Origin: Terriglobales bacterium | Lineage (GTDB): Bacteria > Acidobacteriota > Terriglobia > Terriglobales > Acidobacteriaceae | Reading direction: 5' to 3' | DNA length: 64,000 bases | Assembly: GCA_025936825.1 (NCBI GenBank) | Contig: JAICSO010000010.1 | Span: forward strand, 80,257-144,256 | Shown here: piece after piece, positions 25,769-34,282 of the stretch | Layout of the letters: every line of letters begins with the position of its first letter | Position numbering within the stretch: position 1 is the first letter of the stretch | Program-made: the position numbers and the translations under genes | The notes under the pieces: generated by a model | The model's database searches: none | What the model was told of the DNA's origin: nothing | The model's input: the letters and a program-made list of their open reading frames with translations, nothing else

Positions 25769-26668
25769 ATGTCGTCTCTTACCAAAATCTTCGGAAAAGC
25801 CACCATCCTTTTCATACTGATGGGAGGCATCTCTGACGCAAGCGATGTGCCGATCCAACTTGCACGGATTATGGGTGGGCGTTCTGGGGCTGCGGTTGTT
25901 ATCGATGTGCAATCGGGGCACATACTCGCGATATATCGTCCGGAAGTTGCCGCGCGCCGATTGGTACGTCCCGCTTCAGCTTTCAAACCATTCACGCTAC
26001 TCGCGCTGCTGCAATCAGGCAAACTGTCACGTACCGATTCTCTTGTGTGTCAGCGTAATCTGCGAGTTGGCACGCACGACCTTTCTTGCTCGCACCCGCA
26101 GATTGGGCCTTTGCAGGCGGTAGCAGCGCTCGCTTATTCCTGCAACGACTTCTTCGCAACTTTTGGCCAGCGTTTGAGTGGACCGGAATTGCAGGCCGCG
26201 TTTCAAAAGGCAGGATTCGCATCGCCAACAGGTCTGGCTGAAGGTGAAGCCGTCGGCTCCATTCACACCGCGCGCACCAAAGAGGAACGTCAATTGCAAG
26301 CAGTGGGAGAAGGCGACATGAGGGCAACGCCGCTGGAAATGGTTGCTGCGTATCGAAATATTGCACTGAAGAGGATGTCCTCTGAGTCCACGGCTGCGGA
26401 CCGGATGGTTTTTCAGGGACTTGAAGAGGCGACCGCCTATGGCATGTCCCGGCTTGCGTCTCCAACCGGGATCAAAATCGCCGGGAAAACCGGTACGCCA
26501 AAGGCGGAGGATGGCAATTGGTCGAATGGCTGGTTTGCAGGATACGCACCCGCTGACAAGCCGGAAATCGCACTCGTGGTTTTCGTCGAACGCGGGACGG
26601 GCCCGAGCGACGCCGCACCGCTTGCAGCAGAGATATTCAACTCCTGGTGGAAAGCCAAGCAGAAATGA
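25769..26668 (+). CDS. Free-standing secreted penicillin-binding transpeptidase-domain protein
   Basis: 299 aa with signal MSSLTKIFGKATILFILMGGISDA. All three active-site boxes are present: SxxK (SAFKPF), SxN (YSCND) and KTG (AGKTGTP). There is no glycosyltransferase or pedestal domain. Confidence 0.75.
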   Translation: MSSLTKIFGKATILFILMGGISDASDVPIQLARIMGGRSGAAVVIDVQSGHILAIYRPEVAARRLVRPASAFKPFTLLALLQSGKLSRTDSLVCQRNLRVGTHDLSCSHPQIGPLQAVAALAYSCNDFFATFGQRLSGPELQAAFQKAGFASPTGLAEGEAVGSIHTARTKEERQLQAVGEGDMRATPLEMVAAYRNIALKRMSSESTAADRMVFQGLEEATAYGMSRLASPTGIKIAGKTGTPKAEDGNWSNGWFAGYAPADKPEIALVVFVERGTGPSDAAPLAAEIFNSWWKAKQK

Positions 26669-28311
26669 AGCAGTCGCTGTGTGTCCTGTTGCTCGTGTTC
26701 CTCAGTGTATCCTCTGGCGCACAGGAACGCACGTTACGAGTGCGACTGTTCTGGCAGCATCCACCTGACGAAATACGTATTACTCCGCTGGGAGCTTCCC
26801 TTCGGACGTGTACGAACTGCGCTCCGGTTCCTCTCACCGAAGCCAGCGTGATTAGGGCGAAACACGCCGTCCTCACTATCGGATCCATTTCTTCGGGCAC
26901 CGTCATCATTACGGGTCGTGCGCGGATCAGTGGGCAAGACTTTCCACCGTTCTCGGCTGAAAACGAGCTCGAAATCAAGGCGCGGGATGGCTTTCTGCTT
27001 CTCACGCTAAAGATGCCTCTGGAGAGCTATGTGGCGGCGGTCCTGCAGGGCGAAAGCGGTGGATTCAAGTCCGATGATGCCTTAAAAGCAATGGCGGTAG
27101 CTGCCCGGACCTACGCCGTTCATTTCGGCTCAAGGCACCAGACGGAAGGTTTTGACTTCTGCGACACCACGCATTGCCAGGATGTCCGTCTTGGCGCCGA
27201 GTCCGAGCGGGTTCGAGCCGCAGTTGCCGCAACCACTGGAGAACTGCTCTGGTATCACCGCCAAGCTGCAGCCACTTACTACCACCGTAGCTGCGGCGGC
27301 CAACTCGAGGACGCGCGCGCGCTCGAACCTGATCTCGAGGCGCCCTACTTGCGCCGTCATCAAGACGCATACTGCGTTCGCGTTCCCGACGAGTGGCATG
27401 CGCAAATCAGCAAGAGCGACCTGTCGCACGCTTTAGGGCGTCCGGTTACATCCGTCGCGGTTGCAGAAAGATCGGAATCCGGCCGAGTGCAACGCTTGCT
27501 CGTAAACGGCCGAGCAATCTCAGCAACCGATTTCCGCCTGGCTATTGGCCGGACTCTTGGGTGGGACAGACTGCGTAGCGACCTTTATGAACAACAGGAC
27601 CTCGGCGATGTGATCACGTTTCGGGGACGTGGCCAAGGACATGGAGTCGGGCTTTGCCAGGCGGGCGCAGAGATTATGGGCAAGCACGGCGATAGCTATC
27701 GGGAGATTCTGGCCTACTACTACCCCGGAACCTCGCTTGGAGTAAACGCACAAGGCCTTGCGTGGGAGAAGTTACCAGGAGAGGCATTGGACCTGCTAAC
27801 AACCAACAAAGCGGATGCCGCGTTCCTGCTCCCGACTGCAGAAAAAGCCCTGCAGTTTGCGACAGATCGCACCGGGTGGAGCGTCAGCGGACGCCCGCAA
27901 ATAAAGATATATCCGTCCATCAGCGTTTATCGCGATGCCACGGGAGAGCCGGGGTGGGTGGCAGCCAGCACGCTGGGTAGTACGATTCGGCTGCAACCGA
28001 TCACCGTGTTGCAGCGCACCCACTCTCTCGACTCAACTTTGCGGCACGAGTTCCTGCACATGCTCATTGAAGCGAACGCTGCACCGAATGCGCCTCTGTG
28101 GTTGCGGGAAGGACTGGCAATATATTTGGCCAATTCGCAAGCAGTGAGGCCTGCGAGCATCGATGTCGATGCGCTGGAACGCCAGATGCATTCACTGCGC
28201 ACTGAGGAACAGATGCGTGCTGCTTATAAATCGTGCGGGGCGGCGGTGGCAAACGCTGTCGAAAAAGACGGACTTCAATCCGTTCTCTCCTCGGTTCGTA
28301 AGGGGCGGTGA
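26665..28311 (+). CDS. SpoIID/LytB-domain protein fused to a C-terminal peptidase-MA-like (HExxH) domain
   Basis: The ATG at 26665 (MKQSLCVLLLVFLSVSSGAQ signal) forms an ATGA overlap with the PBP stop. SpoIID signatures are ALKAMAVAARTYAV, FDFCDTTHCQD and YYHRSCGGQLED. The C-terminal TLRHEFLHMLIEANAAPNAPLWLREGLAIYLAN resembles the Peptidase_MA_2 pattern (HExxH ... W..EGLA.Y). Confidence 0.75.
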   Translation: MKQSLCVLLLVFLSVSSGAQERTLRVRLFWQHPPDEIRITPLGASLRTCTNCAPVPLTEASVIRAKHAVLTIGSISSGTVIITGRARISGQDFPPFSAENELEIKARDGFLLLTLKMPLESYVAAVLQGESGGFKSDDALKAMAVAARTYAVHFGSRHQTEGFDFCDTTHCQDVRLGAESERVRAAVAATTGELLWYHRQAAATYYHRSCGGQLEDARALEPDLEAPYLRRHQDAYCVRVPDEWHAQISKSDLSHALGRPVTSVAVAERSESGRVQRLLVNGRAISATDFRLAIGRTLGWDRLRSDLYEQQDLGDVITFRGRGQGHGVGLCQAGAEIMGKHGDSYREILAYYYPGTSLGVNAQGLAWEKLPGEALDLLTTNKADAAFLLPTAEKALQFATDRTGWSVSGRPQIKIYPSISVYRDATGEPGWVAASTLGSTIRLQPITVLQRTHSLDSTLRHEFLHMLIEANAAPNAPLWLREGLAIYLANSQAVRPASIDVDALERQMHSLRTEEQMRAAYKSCGAAVANAVEKDGLQSVLSSVRKGR

Positions 28312-28395
28312 GCCCAAATTTCCCGTGCAGCCGGTGCCGCACTTTACCTGCAGAACTGCTCAGATAATCTATTGTTCCCTGATAGGAGTTCCCAA

Positions 28396-28806
28396 ATGAC
28401 TATCGACCTTCATGCAATGACACCGCTCCTTCAAGTTTTCGACATGCCGACGTCGCTGAAGTTCTACTGCGAGGTCCTCGGATTCGAAATTGTGCAGACG
28501 GATTCGAATACTGAAGCACCAAATCACAACTGGGTTTGGTTAAGACAAAACGATATTGACCTGATGTTGAATACGGCATACGAGTACGACAAACGTCCAC
28601 CACAACCCGACCAACGACGGGTTGCGACTCACAATGACATAGGACTGTTCATCGCCGCACCGGACGTGGATGCGGTCTACGCCCACCTGCTCGCTTGTGG
28701 CATTCAAGTGCAACCACCCCAAGTTGCGCCATATGGCATGAAGCAGCTGTATGTGCGAGATCCTGATGGATTCGGCCTGTGCTTTCAATGGAAGGCGAAT
28801 GCCTGA
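28396..28806 (+). CDS. VOC-family (glyoxalase/bleomycin-resistance fold) protein
   Basis: The ATG at 28396 follows AGGAG (28384-28388). The sequence MTIDLHAMTPLLQVFDMPTSLKFYCEVLGFEIVQTD...GMKQLYVRDPDGFGLCFQ is typical of a VOC beta-alpha-beta-beta-beta module. Confidence 0.75.
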   Translation: MTIDLHAMTPLLQVFDMPTSLKFYCEVLGFEIVQTDSNTEAPNHNWVWLRQNDIDLMLNTAYEYDKRPPQPDQRRVATHNDIGLFIAAPDVDAVYAHLLACGIQVQPPQVAPYGMKQLYVRDPDGFGLCFQWKANA

Positions 28807-28807
28807 A

Positions 28808-29620
28808 TCAGCTTAGAACCGGCGCCGGCTCGATGTTTTCGACCACATCGTGCCCCTCACTTGCCCGCATGATCGCAGCACAGAGAGCGAACCAAGCGGT
28901 GACCAGCAGCAGGTAGCCGAACCCAAGCCGCAGAACCATGCCCCAGGTTTGATCCGTCAAGGGCGAAGATTTGCGCGGCACCATCCATGCGAGATAGTAA
29001 GGAACATATGCGCCAATCACGAAACACACCGCATAAGCCAGCCAGAAGCGCCAGCGGCGGATCGGGCGAAAGGCTGGCGCGCTGAAGAATGCGCGAATGT
29101 TTTTCACTGCAACCTGTCCGCCGATCGGCAACAGCAGGATAGGCCACAAAAAGAAGTACACGAACCAGACTGCCCAGTGTGCCGCCGAGAACATACCTCG
29201 CGGCGTCACCTTCTTTCGCATCAAACCCGGTAATGAATGACGCGCATAACCGCCAGCTTGCTCGTCATAAGTCCAGAGCTGGCCGATCAGCCAAATCCCC
29301 AAGGCAAAGATGATCGCCCACAACAGAAACGCGGGAATCCGAGTAACGGAACGTTTGAGGGAAACCAGGAACCGCTGCTCTGATGCCAAACTAAAGAAAT
29401 CGAAGGTCGCGCTATGCAGCCATAGAGTAATGAAGGCTATTGCCAGTCCGCCAAGCACGGTCAGCATAACTTCCCAGCCGGTCTCCTCGGGGATGCGAAT
29501 CCAGTAGAAAAACGCAATCAGCAGCAACGCATTCGCAATCACATGAACAAGCCAAACCCGCTTGCTGCTCAACACCGCTGACAACGTATCGATCTCAAAA
29601 CCGCGCGTGTCGGTGCTCAT
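28808..29620 (-). CDS. Polytopic inner-membrane protein of unknown family (~6 TM), coupled to the alpha-2-macroglobulin gene
   Basis: The track ORF runs to 29824, inside the A2M gene. The in-frame ATG at 29620 forms an ATGA overlap with the A2M stop (29617-29620). The product is MSTDTRGFEIDTLSAVLSSKRVWLVHVIANALLLIAFFYWIRIP... with about six hydrophobic helices. I recognise no family motif. Confidence 0.6.
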   Translation of the reverse strand: MSTDTRGFEIDTLSAVLSSKRVWLVHVIANALLLIAFFYWIRIPEETGWEVMLTVLGGLAIAFITLWLHSATFDFFSLASEQRFLVSLKRSVTRIPAFLLWAIIFALGIWLIGQLWTYDEQAGGYARHSLPGLMRKKVTPRGMFSAAHWAVWFVYFFLWPILLLPIGGQVAVKNIRAFFSAPAFRPIRRWRFWLAYAVCFVIGAYVPYYLAWMVPRKSSPLTDQTWGMVLRLGFGYLLLVTAWFALCAAIMRASEGHDVVENIEPAPVLS

Positions 29621-32600
29621 TTGACCTCCAGTGTCAGCGGATCGCTGGTTGCGAAGTACGAGGGTTGATACATGGGTTCCACCTTCGCCGGGCTGACGCG
29701 GAACACGCCTGGATTCACCACCTTTAAGAGATACACATACTCCTGCGCCCCACGAGAGAAGTAAGTCTGGAAGAAAGTAGCGCGATCGTCGTGGAATTCG
29801 CGGCGCGTATACCACCAATTCCACCAGGAAGGCTTCTCCGTCAGATCGTAGAGATTGTCATGCTCGATGAATTCGGTTCCGGCGGGAATCGGGTCCTCGA
29901 CCATCATGTACTTCCAGTCGGAGCCGGTCACCGTCAGGCGTACAGCCAGAGTATCGCCGCTTTGCACCGGCCCTCTCAGCGGTTCGAGCTTGTAGCGTAT
30001 GACATCCCCCTGCTTCACTGGCGACAACGTGAAGTACTCGCGCGCCAGCGTCAAGTTGAACGACCCGGCATTCGTGAGTTTCTTCTCGTCGGAATAGTAG
30101 TCGCCTCGCAACGACCAATACAGCCTTCCCTGTCCTCTCTTGCGGATGACTACGCGATTGTTTTGGCTCAGCTGCACGCCACTGAGTTGCAGCTTGGCAG
30201 CACTCGGCGAAAGCGCGTCGCCTTCGCTGAATCGCTTGGTCACAACCAGCTTGTCATTCACCAGAACGTCTACCAAGAAGTTGGGCTTGAGTTCGCCACT
30301 CTGTTTGAGGAAATCGATCAAGCCGTACACGACAAACGCGGTCTGCTTGGTCGAATCCCACCAGTAGCCTTCATTGCGGTGACTCACCAGCCAAAAGGCA
30401 GCTTTCGGAAGCAGTGGGCTGTCCGGATTAACCTTAGCCAGGAATTTTGCCGCAAATGCCGTCGCTTCGGGACTGGCGTCTGTTTCGAAATCGAGCATCG
30501 GATCGCGGGTCAGGTTCCAATGTGCCGATTGATCGTCGACAACCGCTCCTTTTTCCACTTGGTCCGCGAGTTCGCTGACCCGAGAATCTTTCGCCAGGTC
30601 CATTGCCAGTCCGAGCATGGCAGCACCATACGGCGAAAGATCGGATCGTTGATCCCACACCGAGTCGAGCATTGCTTTGTCTGTCGCTCCGCTCAGGGCT
30701 AAGGAATAAGCCATGTAGGCGCGCAGATCGGCAACGATTCTCTTGTCGCTGTTAAAAGTATTTCGCACCCAGGACTGGGCCCTAGTCAGCCGGTCCTGGT
30801 CTACGTCGTACCCGATGCGCTTCGCTTGGCTCAAGCCAGCCAGAACGTATGCCGACATGAACACGTGGCTATCATCGGTCTGCCACCAGCCCCAGCCGCC
30901 ATCCTCGTGTTGAAATTCGTATAACCGCTTCACGCCGGCGTCGATCTTCTTCTGCAGTTCGTCTTGATCCATCGCAGGTTTGAGCCCCAGTTGCTTGATG
31001 GCGTCGCCAACGATCACGTCAGGCAGGAAGCTTGACATCGTCTGCTCGGTGCAGCCGTATGGATACGAGGTCAGGTATTCCAGCGCGCCGAAGATCGCCC
31101 CCGCCGTAGACGGTGACAGTTCGATTTGCAGATCCTGGAAGGAACGGCCCGATGAGCCTGCCGCATCGGGCAGGTTGATGTTTTGGGTCGTTTCCCCATT
31201 CGTATCGCTGAGCGAACCAGAGGCCGGAATCGCCATCTTCACGCCGTAGGGAATCACGGGTAGGGTGAGTTCCATCGCATCCGATTCCTCGTTGGTCAAG
31301 GCCTTAGCAACCACTGAGGCCTCGAGCACGTTCTGTGCTTTCACGCGCCAGTCCAGACTGACCTCGCCGCGGCTGGGAACGTTGATGTCGCGGGTCGCAC
31401 CATTGACGACCTGCAGGCCTTTCAAATCCATCGAGACACGAGCGTTCTTAGCATTCGGAAGATAATTGTGAACGATCGCGGAGATCGTAACTTCGTCTCC
31501 TTGCCGGAAGAAGCGCGGAACTACCAGGCGTACCATTACGTTTTTGCGGACGATAACCTTTTCCACCGCACTCCCGACCTTAGTATCGGCAGTAATCCCG
31601 CGGGTGGTGGTGCGCCAGGTTGTCAGCGAATCGGGGAAGTTGAATCGCACCGAGGCTTTGCCGTCCGCTCCTGTATTTACGTCAGCAACCCAGAAGGCGG
31701 TGTCGGGAAATGCCTTACGAATCTTCGGTTCGACGAGGCGCTCAGGCTTAATTTCTGCCATCCATTTGTGGCGCGTCACGTTCGCCAGCTTCATTGCCTT
31801 CTTACCGGCTTCTCCATGGAAGTAATACGAAAGCGAGCTGTCGGTGGTCACACGGTTAAATACTCGGCCGTAGAAGAATTTCATGACGTCGGTGGTCGCT
31901 TCCGGGCGAATCGCGTAAATCGCCTCGTCCACGACACCCAGGCTGAATTCCGCTGCAGTTGGCCTGCCCTGCGCATCTTTCGCGATAATCGTGTAGCTCG
32001 CAGCTTCACCTGGCTGGAACTGTTGCTTCGAAGGCTGCAACTGGACATTTAGCTTGTACGCATCGGGCACCACGTTGATGCTCTTTGAGCCTTGGTGCAG
32101 TTTGTTGTCTTTCAAGAATGCCGCGCTGATGTAGAAATTCGGCGCATTCTCCTGTCGAATTGGAACCTGCACCGTGATTGGTCCGCCGTTGCTGTGGAAC
32201 ACCTGCTTGCTCAGCAAACCCAATCCTTCAGAGGTAACGAGAATGCTGACGGGGTCGGGCCCAGCCATAATCAGCACCTTAGCCGTATCGCCCGGTTTGT
32301 AGATTTTCTGATCGGGGATGATCTGAATGCGTTCGCGTTCACCGCCCCACCAGTACCAGTCACGATCAGGCACCCATATGTACGCAGTCTCTTGCAACGT
32401 ACGATTCTCGGCTGTTGGCGCACTGACGTATGCACGAATGGAGCCGGCCTTAGTAATTTTTATTTTGAGTTCTCCGTGGCCACTCGCGTCGGTCTGGCCG
32501 TCCGCAGAGAACCATTGCGTTCCGCGACGATCGCGATAGTCCCAACTCTCGAGCACAACGTGGAAAGGCGTCTGCACCGGCTTGCCGTCGTAATCTCGAG

Positions 32601-34281
32601 CTTCAACGTTCAGCTGCGCTGTGCTGCCGAAGTCGTACACATAGCTGGCTGGACTGGCGCCAATGCGGAATGTGCCGTAAGTGGCAAGAACGTAATTGTG
32701 ACCGCTGATCTCGCGCTTGCCTTCATCAGTGACTCGCGCTTCTATGCGGTAAGTGGTGTCGTTATGCCTATCAGCGGCAAACTCGGTTGGAACTGTGATT
32801 TGTAATTGCCCATTTCCATCTAGAGTTCCTGTGTTCTCTTCTGTCTGCTGGCCGTAGTAGTAGGTTTCGGTGTCGCTATTGGTGCCGCCTTCCTCGCCTC
32901 CATCGCCGCTCTCGGTGTTCTCCTCGTCGACGTCCTCACCCCACATGTTGAGGCCGTTATAAGTTGCTTCGCGGTGCACCACCCACGTGACTTTCGCATT
33001 CGCAACCGGCTCGCCGAAGTAGTATTTAGCGTCAATCGTAGCCTTGATTGTCTGGCCTTGCAGAACACGCGGGCTTTCGGGCGTGATTCGCACCTGGTAT
33101 TCGGGCTTTTTGTATTCCTGAACCGCAAAGCTTCCGCCAGGGGTGTAGTTGTCACCATTGCGAATTTCGATGTTGTAGTCGCCTAGCGCAGCGTTCGCGG
33201 GAGTCACGTACTCTCCATGGAGCGTTCCCATTGCGCTGGACTTCATCGATGCTGCGAACACATCCTTGCCGTCGACATCGCTGATTTTTACGTCAAAGTT
33301 TGTGTTCGCCGGCGCCTGATAGGTAAAGCCCGATCGAGTGCGCAAGATCGCTTTGAAGTGGACGGTATCGCCAGGCCGGTACACGGGACGGTCAGTGTAA
33401 ACGTAGGTAGTGAGCGACCGCGCAGGATCCGTTGTCATCCAGTAAGACCAAGGTGCACTGATGGCGAAATCGTCTTTAGTTCGCGCCATCACTTGCACCC
33501 CTTCAGGCCGCGGTTCTTTCACCTCCACTTGCGCCAACCCATCTTGATCGGCAGTCGCCTCGCCCACCTGATCTCGGTTCACGAAGAAGAACGTCGTGGC
33601 GGCGGGAACTGGCTGGCTTGTCTGCCGGTCAGACGCAAAGGCAAGAATTGTTCCGGGCGCGGTCTTGGTGATGAGCGCCATCTGACTCACAACCACGATC
33701 GTGTACGCGCGCAGTTTGCCGTCGGTTGCCTCGATCAGATACACGCCGCGATCTTTCACGGGGATGGCGACGTTCTCCGTTTCCCAGCGGTATTGACGGG
33801 AACTGACGTTCTGGCGCCAAGTTGCAACCAACTGCTGAGAATTCAGAATGGGGATTTGCGCAAAGACCTCAGCAGGGCCTTGCGGCTGTTGTTTTGCCTG
33901 GCTTCGCTGCTCGCGAATGGTCGCGCGATTATCGGTGGTAAACTGCGCACGAAAGAAGTCTCGTATCCAGACAAACACGTTGTGTTTCCAGTTGTGAAAG
34001 CGCTCGATCCATGTGAGCTTGTGCGGAGGGCGCGGAGCACGGCCTCCAAATTGGTGAGCATCGCCCAGCTGGGCAAAGAATTTGACGGGATCGTTCACCC
34101 GGTAGACGCGGAACTCCAGCGTCTCCACATTCTGAGCCCACATGTCTATCGACACCTTGTCGCCGGGCGCATAGGTTCGACTGGAGTTCAGCGAAAAATA
34201 TCCGGTTTTCTCTTCCTGACTGAACCCGATCGAGGAAAGAAAGATAAAAGCAACAAGCCCAAGAACGCGAAAAGAGCGCAT
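29617..34281 (-). CDS. Bacterial alpha-2-macroglobulin family protein with an intact thioester motif
   Basis: 1554 aa with Sec signal MRSFRVLGLVAFIFLSSIGFSQ. It has MG-domain architecture. The thioester pentapeptide G-C-T-E-Q sits in LEYLTSYPYGCTEQTMSSFLP (CTEQ codons at 31042-31053). The alpha/alpha-toroid thioester domain contains HEDGGWGWW, and the receptor-binding-like C-terminus reads MVEDPIPAGTEF. Confidence 0.9.
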   Translation of the reverse strand: MRSFRVLGLVAFIFLSSIGFSQEEKTGYFSLNSSRTYAPGDKVSIDMWAQNVETLEFRVYRVNDPVKFFAQLGDAHQFGGRAPRPPHKLTWIERFHNWKHNVFVWIRDFFRAQFTTDNRATIREQRSQAKQQPQGPAEVFAQIPILNSQQLVATWRQNVSSRQYRWETENVAIPVKDRGVYLIEATDGKLRAYTIVVVSQMALITKTAPGTILAFASDRQTSQPVPAATTFFFVNRDQVGEATADQDGLAQVEVKEPRPEGVQVMARTKDDFAISAPWSYWMTTDPARSLTTYVYTDRPVYRPGDTVHFKAILRTRSGFTYQAPANTNFDVKISDVDGKDVFAASMKSSAMGTLHGEYVTPANAALGDYNIEIRNGDNYTPGGSFAVQEYKKPEYQVRITPESPRVLQGQTIKATIDAKYYFGEPVANAKVTWVVHREATYNGLNMWGEDVDEENTESGDGGEEGGTNSDTETYYYGQQTEENTGTLDGNGQLQITVPTEFAADRHNDTTYRIEARVTDEGKREISGHNYVLATYGTFRIGASPASYVYDFGSTAQLNVEARDYDGKPVQTPFHVVLESWDYRDRRGTQWFSADGQTDASGHGELKIKITKAGSIRAYVSAPTAENRTLQETAYIWVPDRDWYWWGGERERIQIIPDQKIYKPGDTAKVLIMAGPDPVSILVTSEGLGLLSKQVFHSNGGPITVQVPIRQENAPNFYISAAFLKDNKLHQGSKSINVVPDAYKLNVQLQPSKQQFQPGEAASYTIIAKDAQGRPTAAEFSLGVVDEAIYAIRPEATTDVMKFFYGRVFNRVTTDSSLSYYFHGEAGKKAMKLANVTRHKWMAEIKPERLVEPKIRKAFPDTAFWVADVNTGADGKASVRFNFPDSLTTWRTTTRGITADTKVGSAVEKVIVRKNVMVRLVVPRFFRQGDEVTISAIVHNYLPNAKNARVSMDLKGLQVVNGATRDINVPSRGEVSLDWRVKAQNVLEASVVAKALTNEESDAMELTLPVIPYGVKMAIPASGSLSDTNGETTQNINLPDAAGSSGRSFQDLQIELSPSTAGAIFGALEYLTSYPYGCTEQTMSSFLPDVIVGDAIKQLGLKPAMDQDELQKKIDAGVKRLYEFQHEDGGWGWWQTDDSHVFMSAYVLAGLSQAKRIGYDVDQDRLTRAQSWVRNTFNSDKRIVADLRAYMAYSLALSGATDKAMLDSVWDQRSDLSPYGAAMLGLAMDLAKDSRVSELADQVEKGAVVDDQSAHWNLTRDPMLDFETDASPEATAFAAKFLAKVNPDSPLLPKAAFWLVSHRNEGYWWDSTKQTAFVVYGLIDFLKQSGELKPNFLVDVLVNDKLVVTKRFSEGDALSPSAAKLQLSGVQLSQNNRVVIRKRGQGRLYWSLRGDYYSDEKKLTNAGSFNLTLAREYFTLSPVKQGDVIRYKLEPLRGPVQSGDTLAVRLTVTGSDWKYMMVEDPIPAGTEFIEHDNLYDLTEKPSWWNWWYTRREFHDDRATFFQTYFSRGAQEYVYLLKVVNPGVFRVSPAKVEPMYQPSYFATSDPLTLEVK

Positions 34282-34282
34282 A

